A stretch of DNA of 64,000 nucleotides. Source: an uncultured Gammaproteobacteria bacterium. GTDB lineage: Bacteria > Patescibacteriota > Patescibacteriia > Magasanikbacterales > GWA2-37-8. Below the pieces are notes generated by a model. The model worked only from the letters and a program-made list of their open reading frames with translations, was not told the DNA's origin and made no database searches. The stretch is from contig CAZHYJ010000006.1 of NCBI GenBank assembly GCA_964536725.1, forward strand, positions 482-64,481, written 5' to 3'. Made by a program: the position numbers and the translations under genes. Of this stretch, positions 10,547 to 18,286 are shown one piece after another; within the stretch, counting starts at the first letter, position 1; every line of letters starts with the position of its first letter.

Positions 10547-11722
10547 TTACTCAGCTTTTTCTGCCTTCACTTCTTCCACTACTTCCTCTTTTGCCTTCTT
10601 CTCTTTCTTTTCTTTTGACTCGGTTTTGCCTTTAACACCGGCAACCCGCAAACCTAAACGATGTTCGGTTGGTTCTAAGGAAACCACTTCAAACTCAGCT
10701 TCTTGGCCGATCTTGAATTTCTCAGTAACATTCGTCATTGGCTCATCAGACAACTCAGAAACATGAGCTAACCCATGAATTTCTTTGTCCAATGCCACCA
10801 TCAAACCGAATGGTTCAACTTTGATAATCTTACCTTTCACTTTGGAACCGATTTTGTATTTTTCTGCTACTTTTTTCCAAGGATCGTCTACTAAACGTTT
10901 GATGGAAAGATAGATCTTGGAGTGATCCAATTGGATAATTTGAGCCTTAACATGATCACCCACTTTTAACAAATCTCGTGGATGCTCAATTCTCTGCCAA
11001 GCGATTTCGGAGATATGTACTAAACCTTCCAAGCCCTCACCAAATTTCAAGAAGGCACCAAAGGCAGTTAGAGCACTAACCTCACCATTAACAGTGTCAC
11101 CAATCTTGTATGATTCCAACACTGCTTTCTGGGCATCTTCCCAAACAGCGCGCTCGGAAACAATTAATTTCTCGTCTTTCTCTTCGGCATCGATAATCTT
11201 CACTTCCATTTCTTTACCGATCAATTCTTGTAATTTTTCGAAGATACGATTCTTGTCGCCACCAATTACTCGTGGGTAGTGATCTGGGTTAAGCTGTGAT
11301 ACGGGCATAAAACCTTTTAAGGCTTCTACCTGCATCAACACACCACCTTTGTTGGCAGACAATGCTTTGGCTTTGATCGTCAAACCTTCGCGCATCCATT
11401 TCTTCATGTTGTCCCAAGCCTTGCGATAACCAGCAATACGGAAAGATAGTTCCATCTCGCCATTCTCATTTTCCAAATCCAAAACAGTGGCTTCAGCTTC
11501 ATCGCCAGTTTTTAAACCAGCGTATTCACGTGATTCAGCAAACAATTCGCGACCACGTACTACACCAGTAGTCAAACCTTCAACATCGATACGCACTGCA
11601 CCTTTGTCGACGGAAATGACTTTGCCTTTGATAACATCACCAACTTTTGGAACGTTAACTGCATAAGTTTGCAAAATGGTTTTGAAGTCCATTTTAGCTG
11701 TCTTTTTAGCTTCTTCTGTCAT
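10547..11722 (-). CDS. rpsA: 30S ribosomal protein S1 (four S1 domains)
   Basis: Repeated S1 motifs (FGAF..GLVHISE; GLAHVSELS). Confidence 0.93.
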   Translation of the reverse strand: MTEEAKKTAKMDFKTILQTYAVNVPKVGDVIKGKVISVDKGAVRIDVEGLTTGVVRGRELFAESREYAGLKTGDEAEATVLDLENENGEMELSFRIAGYRKAWDNMKKWMREGLTIKAKALSANKGGVLMQVEALKGFMPVSQLNPDHYPRVIGGDKNRIFEKLQELIGKEMEVKIIDAEEKDEKLIVSERAVWEDAQKAVLESYKIGDTVNGEVSALTAFGAFLKFGEGLEGLVHISEIAWQRIEHPRDLLKVGDHVKAQIIQLDHSKIYLSIKRLVDDPWKKVAEKYKIGSKVKGKIIKVEPFGLMVALDKEIHGLAHVSELSDEPMTNVTEKFKIGQEAEFEVVSLEPTEHRLGLRVAGVKGKTESKEKKEKKAKEEVVEEVKAEKAE

Positions 11723-11821
11723 ATATTAAACAAAAAAAATCTGCTTATCCCTTCCGCTCGAGGCGGATTGAGTGCTGACCACTAAATCGGGTCGGCTTGG
11801 AAACAAATATTTTATAAGGTG

Positions 11822-11850
11822 AGTATACTAAAATATGGCGGTTTTGTCAA
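11822..11850 (-). promoter_or_regulatory. rpsA promoter
   Basis: TTGACA-17-TATACT. Confidence 0.8.
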
Positions 11851-11855
11851 GACAT

Positions 11856-12845
11856 TGTACAGTACACCTTCAAGGGTGACACTTGTGCATAACTGCTAAA
11901 CTAAGATATTTCTCATAAGGAGTGAGGCCATTCATGCCCCTACCTTCGTGGGGTCGGTCGTGGTTGTACCAGTGAACGTAGGCTTGTAAGGTGTGCCACG
12001 GTCTAGTTTGATTTAAATAATATTCATCATCAATACTTCGGTTCGCTCGTTCCACTTTACCATTCCAAGGTGCGGATCTTTTTGGTATGTAACGATGAGT
12101 AATGTTTTTGTTAATTAAATATTTGTGAAACACTCCTCTAAATTCGGAACCGTTGTCGGTTTGGATGCCGACGATTGTAAAAGGAAAGCTTCGCTTGGCT
12201 CTTTGGAATGCCCAGATGGTAGCGAAGGAATCTTTACTACTCGCTTCAACGGAATACTGAAGGTTAGTGACGGTGTCGATGAAGCGATACTGGTAGCTCC
12301 AGCTCAGATCCCTTCCTGGGACATATTTCACGTCTAATTGGACGTTTTCTCCTGGTACTTTGGCATAGTGTGGTTGTTTTAAAGGAGTGTACCAGGGCTG
12401 CTTTTTCTGGGGTTTTCTAATCAATCTTTTCTTTTTGTAATATTTGTAGATAATGTTGGTGGTTACTTTTAGGTCATGCTTCTTTTCTAAAAACATCTTC
12501 ATCTTCTTTGGTCCGTAATTGTATTTAATTTTGTTTTCGTAAATTACCATCTTAATCGCCGGTGTCAGTTTGGTGTGTGGGTGCGGCTTACGCCGCACCA
12601 AAGTCCGAAGAACCAGATTGTGATCAAGGTTGTACCATTTGTAATATGTCTTACGGCTGATGCCGAATATCTCACAGACTTCGCTAACAGTCTTACTGTA
12701 TTTCTCGACTTGCAAATACCAACGAGCTCGTATTTCTTTGGGGGCGCTGATTATGGTACCAGACATATGTACTCTGCTAAATATTTAAGGGTTAAAGTGT
12801 TACCCTTAGTTTAGCAGAGTGTTACCGGTTAAGGTGTATTGTACA
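11856..12845 (-). mobile_element. IS481-family insertion sequence (990 bp)
   Basis: TGT...ACA ends; 15-bp IR TGTACAGTACACCTT / TGTACAATACACCTT (1 mismatch); subterminal repeats; encloses a DDE transposase. Confidence 0.88.
11870..12766 (-). CDS. IS481-family DDE transposase (rve integrase core)
   Basis: N-terminal HTH (FGISRKTYYKW), QLDVKY, QTDNGSEF, PWNGKVERANR. Confidence 0.93.
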   Translation of the reverse strand: MSGTIISAPKEIRARWYLQVEKYSKTVSEVCEIFGISRKTYYKWYNLDHNLVLRTLVRRKPHPHTKLTPAIKMVIYENKIKYNYGPKKMKMFLEKKHDLKVTTNIIYKYYKKKRLIRKPQKKQPWYTPLKQPHYAKVPGENVQLDVKYVPGRDLSWSYQYRFIDTVTNLQYSVEASSKDSFATIWAFQRAKRSFPFTIVGIQTDNGSEFRGVFHKYLINKNITHRYIPKRSAPWNGKVERANRSIDDEYYLNQTRPWHTLQAYVHWYNHDRPHEGRGMNGLTPYEKYLSLAVMHKCHP

Positions 12846-12885
12846 TAGATGTACCTCTTACAATTTATAAAAAGCAAACTATTAA

Positions 12886-12917
12886 AAAATATCCCGATTT
12901 TATTCGGGATATTTTTT
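12886..12917 (-). terminator. intrinsic terminator after ahcY
   Basis: AAAAATATCCCGA..TCGGGATATTTTT hairpin. Confidence 0.75.
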
Positions 12918-12927
12918 AGTATATTTT

Positions 12928-14334
12928 TTAGTAGCGATAATGCTCGGCCTTGTATGGTCCATTTTCTTTTACATCCAAATACTTGGCCTGCGCTTTGGTG
13001 AGCTTCGTTAATTTCACCCCGATTTTTTCCAGATGTAATCGTGCCACTTCTTCATCTAATTCTTTTGGCAAGCGATACACTTTGTTTTCGTATTTGTTAT
13101 TCCACAAACTTAATTGTGCTAATACTTGATTGGTAAAACTAGAACTCATTACAAAACTAGGATGGCCCGTGGCACAGCCCAAATTCATCAATCGTCCTTC
13201 GGCCAACATATATATCTCGTGTTTGTCTGGGAAAATATATTTATCGACTTGTGGCTTAATATTTACTCGTTTCACTCCTTTGGCTTTATTCAATTGATCC
13301 ACCTGGATCTCATTATCGAAGTGTCCGATGTTTGAAACAATCGCCTGGTCTTTCATCTTTGCCATCTGTTCTACAGTGATCACATGGTAGTTGCCAGTAG
13401 CGGTAACGTAGATATCAGCAACCCCCAAAGAGTCTTCGATGGTCGCCACCTCGTAACCTTCCATCGCTGCTTGCAAAGCACAGATCGGATCTACTTCGGT
13501 CACAATCACGCGCGCACCTTGGCCACGTAAAGCCTGAGCACACCCCTTGCCAACATCTCCATAGCCACACACCACGGCGACTTTACCGCCAATCATCACA
13601 TCCATTGCGCGATTTAATCCGTCGATCACTGAATGACGGCAGCCATAGGTATTATCAAAACCGGATTTGGTGACTGAGTCGTTAACATTGATTGCCGGGA
13701 ATAACAATTTTCCGGTCGCTTCCATCTGATACAAACGATGAACACCAGTGGTCGTCTCTTCTGACACCCCTTTTATTTTCTTTGCCACTGCCTGCCAACG
13801 TTTTGGATTTTTGGCATATTCTGTTTTCAGAAGAATCATCAATTCTTGAAAATCCTCGCCCTCATTTTTGTAGTTTTTGTTTAACAACTTCGGATCATTT
13901 TCAACCTCCACCCCTTTGTGGATCATCAAAGTTGCATCCCCACCATCGTCCACAATTAAATCTGGTCCGGTTCCATTGCCAAAATCCAACGCTCTTTCTG
14001 TGCACCACCAATAGTCGATCAAGGACTCGCCTTTCCAGGCAAATACTGGTACACCCGCCTTTGCAATTGCGGCGGCCGCATGATCTTGAGTAGAAAAAAT
14101 ATTACAGGAAGCCCAACGCACTTTTGCACCTAGTGCCACCAAAGTTTCGATCAATACCGCTGTCTGAATGGTCATGTGTAATGACCCGGTAATCTTCACC
14201 CCACGAAATGGTTTTTTACTAGCGTACTTTTTTCGAATCGACATTAACCCCGGCATTTCTTTCTCCGCAATATCCAACTCTTTTCTCCCCCACTCCGCCA
14301 AACTAATATCTTTAATTTTATATTCATTGATCAT
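12928..14334 (-). CDS. ahcY: adenosylhomocysteinase
   Basis: [48 protein letters not shown]. Confidence 0.98.
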   Translation of the reverse strand: MINEYKIKDISLAEWGRKELDIAEKEMPGLMSIRKKYASKKPFRGVKITGSLHMTIQTAVLIETLVALGAKVRWASCNIFSTQDHAAAAIAKAGVPVFAWKGESLIDYWWCTERALDFGNGTGPDLIVDDGGDATLMIHKGVEVENDPKLLNKNYKNEGEDFQELMILLKTEYAKNPKRWQAVAKKIKGVSEETTTGVHRLYQMEATGKLLFPAINVNDSVTKSGFDNTYGCRHSVIDGLNRAMDVMIGGKVAVVCGYGDVGKGCAQALRGQGARVIVTEVDPICALQAAMEGYEVATIEDSLGVADIYVTATGNYHVITVEQMAKMKDQAIVSNIGHFDNEIQVDQLNKAKGVKRVNIKPQVDKYIFPDKHEIYMLAEGRLMNLGCATGHPSFVMSSSFTNQVLAQLSLWNNKYENKVYRLPKELDEEVARLHLEKIGVKLTKLTKAQAKYLDVKENGPYKAEHYRY

Positions 14335-14352
14335 AGATAGTTTTAAAATTTT

Positions 14353-15291
14353 TTATAAAATAATTTTTTCTTTAAAAGCTTGCTCATAGCGCAAAGCAAA
14401 ATCATCTTTGGTAAATTCTACTTGTGTGCCATAAATCTCAATTGCATAACTCGCCATCACCGCTCCCATCTGACCACAAGTTTTCCAGTTGTAACCCAGT
14501 TCATATCCAACAAAAAACCCAGCCCGGAAAGCATCGCCGGCACCGGTCGGATCATCAAACGAACGTGGCGCGCAGGTGCCAATTTCTATCTCTTCCCCCT
14601 CGCTCGTAGTAACTACCGATCCACGATCCCCTAAAGTGGTAATTAAAACTTTGGCATTTTTTAAAATTTCTTTTGTGTCCCAACCTGTGCGTTCCTGTAA
14701 AAGCTTAATCTCATAATCATTGCCAATGATAAAATATGACTGACTAATCATCTGCTGTAATTCGGTTTCTGAAAAAGCGGTAATCTGCTGACCAGGATCA
14801 AACACTGTTTTGATCTGTTTTTCTGAACACTCCTTTAAATGTTTTTTCATCACTTCTTTGTGGGTTGGGGAAATAATCGCCAAGCTCACCCCTTCTATAT
14901 TACTAACATCAACATCTTTGGCGATATCTAATGGCCCATTGTAAAAAGCAGTCATCTGATTGTCGTCCGCATCGGTAGTGATATATGCCGAAGCCGTCAG
15001 ACGTTTTTCGTCAACTAAAATCTGTTCAGTTTTCAAACCATGGCGTGCGAGATAGTTTACATAATCACGACCGTCAGAGCCAACCGCTGAAACCAAAACC
15101 GGATCAGCACCTAATGATTTAATATCAAAGGCAATGTTGCCGCCGGTACCTCCCCAACTACGCTCCAACCGATCAACCATAAAACAAACATTCAAGATAT
15201 GGATCTGATCGGGCAAGATATGATTCTTAAAACTATCCGGAAAATTCATGATGTGGTCATAGACCAACGAGCCAGATACTAAAATAGCCAT
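14353..15291 (-). CDS. PfkB-family kinase, likely adenosine kinase
   Basis: GGTGGNIA, FDPGQQ, NDYE, DPTGAGDAFRAG; directly upstream of ahcY. Confidence 0.85.
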   Translation of the reverse strand: MAILVSGSLVYDHIMNFPDSFKNHILPDQIHILNVCFMVDRLERSWGGTGGNIAFDIKSLGADPVLVSAVGSDGRDYVNYLARHGLKTEQILVDEKRLTASAYITTDADDNQMTAFYNGPLDIAKDVDVSNIEGVSLAIISPTHKEVMKKHLKECSEKQIKTVFDPGQQITAFSETELQQMISQSYFIIGNDYEIKLLQERTGWDTKEILKNAKVLITTLGDRGSVVTTSEGEEIEIGTCAPRSFDDPTGAGDAFRAGFFVGYELGYNWKTCGQMGAVMASYAIEIYGTQVEFTKDDFALRYEQAFKEKIIL

Positions 15292-15358
15292 AAAAAAATA
15301 TTAAAATTTATGGCTATAATATATCAGGAAAGATGGGGTTTGTCTAACTAACAACCGA

Positions 15359-16237
15359 TTAACCCATCCCAACCAGATATCTTGGATTTACAACCAACAT
15401 TTGATACAACTCCCTATCGGTGATACCGTTTTTTTTAAGAAGATGGATAAAATCGAGTAGGGCTTCGCTAGGTGATAAACTAAATTTTTGCCCAACGTCC
15501 GAAGACAAAATATATCTTTTTGCTCCAACTATCTTGATTTGTTTGGCGATTAATTCAATCGGTATTTTGTCTATTGAATACATCGAATAACAACATTCAA
15601 TAAAAGCCCCACTGGCTGCTAGTTTTTTCTGTACAGAAACTGGCATGGCAATTTTTTGGTAAATGGGATGGGTAATAATAATCTTTTTTATGCCAATTTT
15701 TTGAGCTTCACCCACCAATTCAACACTCTCTTGCCAGGACAGATGCCCGGTTGCTAATAAAGCGTTACATTCTTTGATTATTTTCAAAACGGAAAATACT
15801 TTTTTATTAATAACACCTTTTTTCTTTCCCCAAATACTTAGACCCTTAGATACTAAAAATTGGCTTTCAGTCTTTTTGTCTCCTAACCATTCTTTAGGAA
15901 CAACAGAACTATTTTTTTTCAAAAAAGGAGCAGCACTAATTGTTGGAAACCAGACGATAACAGAACCACCAGCGGATATTTTTGTTGCTTTAATAATATC
16001 TGGATTCCAACCACCTTGATAAATATTAAGCACCACTGAATTGACGACTAAAAAATCTTTTGATTGTTCTGAAATAGGAAAAATCGCTGGAAAAAAATGG
16101 TTTTTAATTGCCACCCCACGCAATTTTCCTCTTTCCAAACTAACCAAATCTCTAATATCAAACTTACGTGGAATAATTTCTGGCCCAACGTGAACATGTA
16201 AATCAATTGTTTGTTTTAAAATTTTTTTATAATTCAT
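15359..16237 (-). CDS. amidohydrolase/phosphotriesterase-like TIM barrel (DUF6282-like)
   Basis: IDLHVH, IKNH, ATGH, ITHP, SSDVGQ metal-ligand motifs; start set at MNYKK. Confidence 0.8.
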   Translation of the reverse strand: MNYKKILKQTIDLHVHVGPEIIPRKFDIRDLVSLERGKLRGVAIKNHFFPAIFPISEQSKDFLVVNSVVLNIYQGGWNPDIIKATKISAGGSVIVWFPTISAAPFLKKNSSVVPKEWLGDKKTESQFLVSKGLSIWGKKKGVINKKVFSVLKIIKECNALLATGHLSWQESVELVGEAQKIGIKKIIITHPIYQKIAMPVSVQKKLAASGAFIECCYSMYSIDKIPIELIAKQIKIVGAKRYILSSDVGQKFSLSPSEALLDFIHLLKKNGITDRELYQMLVVNPRYLVGMG

Positions 16238-16253
16238 ATAATTAAAGTTGGGT

Positions 16254-16283
16254 AGGTGGTGGCTCGTTGTCGAGCCACCACCT
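16254..16283. terminator. strong 13-bp hairpin (terminator or processing site)
   Basis: AGGTGGTGGCTCG-TTGT-CGAGCCACCACCT; weak U-tract on the minus strand. Confidence 0.5.
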
Positions 16284-16290
16284 GTCAAAA

Positions 16291-16974
16291 CTACAGCCAT
16301 GGAGCGTGTAAATCTGCGGGGAGGAAGTACAGTCGCGGCAGATCGTGATCGACCTCCACATCCTTGGCGCGAGACACCAAAGACATTTTAATCGGGTGGT
16401 AATACTCTTCGATGAGGTCGGCTTCGGCCAGACGTTCAACGATATAGTCCACCGGATTACTACCACGACCCATACGCTTAGCCGTCAACTGGGCGCGCTG
16501 TCTGATACCCAGCGAAACCCACTCCTGCCACTTCTCCTTGGCGACCAACCGATACTTCTCCGCCTCTTCGTCGTAGTCAGACCACAGGCGAAATTCAGCG
16601 GTGGGAAGCAGTTTACTAATCCACTCTTCCAGGCTAAGGAAGTAATCGCTGACTCTGTCGTGAGGCAGATTGTTGATCCGCGTCCCATACAAATCAGCAC
16701 CCAGGAAAAGCCAGCTCCACTTCCGGCCAGGAAGATTCTGCTTGAACTCTTCCCAGAGATCGGCCATGAGCTGAAGAACTTTCACCTCTTTGTCTTGCGG
16801 GTTGATGATACTACCGCGCGCCTCTGAATAGCGCGGTCCCCACGGAGAAAAGAGGGTAACGTCCCCCTGGCGCAAACGCGGGATAACACCATCCTCCAAA
16901 CGGTGCGCCCGACACACTTTGCGAGTGGGATAAAAAGAACAATTGAACCACTTGATCCCCTGATCATTATCCAT
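16291..16974 (-). CDS. orphan 227-aa protein, possibly HUP/Rossmann fold (CDPS or class I aaRS-derived)
   Basis: TAAGGAGG SD; GC-richer than neighbours; SPWG...FLGADLYG..IN...YF...WS...YxxERxxE...PWL motif order. The fold is inferred. Confidence 0.75.
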   Translation of the reverse strand: MDNDQGIKWFNCSFYPTRKVCRAHRLEDGVIPRLRQGDVTLFSPWGPRYSEARGSIINPQDKEVKVLQLMADLWEEFKQNLPGRKWSWLFLGADLYGTRINNLPHDRVSDYFLSLEEWISKLLPTAEFRLWSDYDEEAEKYRLVAKEKWQEWVSLGIRQRAQLTAKRMGRGSNPVDYIVERLAEADLIEEYYHPIKMSLVSRAKDVEVDHDLPRLYFLPADLHAPWL

Positions 16975-17009
16975 GACTAGTCCTCCTTAATGGCAGACTG
17001 TTCTGCCAG

Positions 17010-17082
17010 CGGCACTTGCCAGTTTTGCACCGGCAACTCTGGCTTCACCTGCCAGCGTGATTTCTACTTTCACTAAAGTACC
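17010..17082 (-). ncRNA. non-canonical tRNA-like cloverleaf, anticodon GUG
   Basis: GGTACTT-TA-GTGA-AAGTAGAAA-TCAC-G-CTGGC-AGGTGAA-GCCAG-AGTT-GCCGG-TGCAAAA-CTGGC-AAGTGCC-G; all four stems pair with canonical lengths (73 nt). Confidence 0.82.
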
Positions 17083-17089
17083 AATTAGG

Positions 17090-17162
17090 GGTGGCCAACG
17101 GGAATCGAACCCGTATTGTCGGTTCCACAAACCGATGTAATAACCGCTATACCATGGCCACC
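17090..17162 (-). tRNA. tRNA-His (GUG)
   Basis: GGTGGCCA/TGGCCACC with G-1:C73; anticodon arm TCGGT-TTGTGGA-ACCGA; GGTTCGATT T-loop. Confidence 0.96.
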
Positions 17163-17167
17163 AAATA

Positions 17168-17197
17168 AACAAAAAATCGCCTGGAATAGCGATTTTG
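17168..17197 (-). terminator. attenuator-type terminator immediately upstream of tRNA-His
   Basis: AAAATCGC-TATTCCAG-GCGATTTT-TTGTTT. Confidence 0.7.
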
Positions 17198-17225
17198 CCT
17201 TAAATAACAACCTGACCCAGGTGTG

Positions 17226-17279
17226 TTACCCAAGGCTTGAGGAATGGTGATTAAAATTTGTCTGCTTTGTTAAATACAT
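17226..17279 (-). CDS. putative His leader peptide MYLTKQTNFNHHSSSLG
   Basis: 17-codon ORF between promoter and terminator with tandem CAC-CAT codons, upstream of tRNA-His. Confidence 0.65.
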   Translation of the reverse strand: MYLTKQTNFNHHSSSLG

Positions 17280-17281
17280 AT

Positions 17282-17327
17282 TGTATCACTGTATTAATAC
17301 ATTAACACAAGAAATAGTCTTTGTCAA
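17282..17327 (-). promoter_or_regulatory. promoter of the His leader with an overlapping TrpR-type palindrome
   Basis: TTGACA(17322-17327)-17-TAATGT(17299-17304); imperfect palindrome TGTATCACTGTATTAATACA at 17282-17301. Confidence 0.6.
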
Positions 17328-17347
17328 ACCCAACCTGTGGATAACAA

Positions 17348-17417
17348 AAATCCGCTTGCGAATTCCCTCCCACTTCTATATACAAATAATATACAGAAGT
17401 GAGAGTGCAAGCGGATT
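17348..17417 (-). terminator. long hairpin/terminator
   Basis: AATCCGCTTGC...CACTTCT..AGAAGTG...GCAAGCGGATT followed by a T-run on the minus strand. Confidence 0.55.
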
Positions 17418-17469
17418 GTTTGCATCTCTTGAGACGGTGGCGGTCCGGTTGAATAGAGCATGGTTCCTC

Positions 17470-17904
17470 CTAGCACAACGGGGACGCAGTCGTCCTGCAT
17501 CGCGCCGCCTTACGCACCACCCTGCGACCCTCTATCGCAAAGCCCATCATGGACAAATGGGCAGTGGAATACTCGAGGGTGTTGCTAACGCACATGCGAT
17601 CCCCGTTGGCTTTGCGCGTCCAGGGACTGACGATCAAGATGATGTCGTCTTCCTCCACCGCCAAGTCATCACCGCGGCCGATCTTGCAGCCGAACTTTTT
17701 CTCCATCGCGGAGAATACCCGCAGAGACTCCGCCACAGGTTCAACCACCCGAACGAAAATGTCCGGGCGCTTCACCGTGAAACGGATCGGATATTCGGGT
17801 GTTTCGGCCACGAACTTGAAGCCGCGCGGCGGCTGCAAGTGGTTGGAGTGAAGCACCAGAAACACTTTGCCCATCCTACCCTCCAAGAACACACGAGATG
17901 CCAC
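17470..17904 (-). CDS. hypothetical protein (GC-rich orphan)
   Basis: ORF with protein-like composition, co-oriented with neighbours; start uncertain (GTG or internal ATG). Confidence 0.55.
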   Translation of the reverse strand: MASRVFLEGRMGKVFLVLHSNHLQPPRGFKFVAETPEYPIRFTVKRPDIFVRVVEPVAESLRVFSAMEKKFGCKIGRGDDLAVEEDDIILIVSPWTRKANGDRMCVSNTLEYSTAHLSMMGFAIEGRRVVRKAARCRTTASPLC

Positions 17905-17990
17905 GATTTAACCACGTAATGCAGTAAAAGTCAATACCGACAACAAAAAACACGTCGATTTTGTCGACATGTTTTTTAAATACTTACTAT

Positions 17991-18272
17991 CTATTTTCTC
18001 TTTTCCAAAGCCGCTTTATACCCACCTTCGCCATGTTCTAACCAGTGTGCAATACGCGTTACTGTTGTCGTGCTCAACCCCGTACTTTCTGCAATATCAC
18101 GATAGGTCTTTCCTTTATCCAACAACTCCACCGCCTGCCAACGCCGCGAAACCTCTTCTAATTCATCCAAAGTTAACAGGTCGCGCAAAAACGCCAACAT
18201 CTCTTTTTCATCTTTCAAACTACTCAACACCCCAGCCAGTCTTTTTAATTTTGTTGTTTTCCATTTTTCCAT
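17991..18272 (-). CDS. TrpR-family (YerC/YecD) transcriptional regulator
   Basis: FLRDLLT..EL....RW...LL....TYR.IA..TG.STTTVTRIA..L..G.GGY; start set at MEKWK. Confidence 0.9.
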   Translation of the reverse strand: MEKWKTTKLKRLAGVLSSLKDEKEMLAFLRDLLTLDELEEVSRRWQAVELLDKGKTYRDIAESTGLSTTTVTRIAHWLEHGEGGYKAALEKRK

Positions 18273-18286
18273 ATTCGAAATGATTG

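Noticed and set aside
16987-17172. 61-aa ORF in the track
   Set aside because: It overlies tRNA-His and the tRNA-like RNA; spurious.
17281-17919. 212-aa plus-strand His/Arg-rich ORF
   Set aside because: Antisense shadow of the GC-rich minus-strand gene; it also crosses a promoter and terminator.
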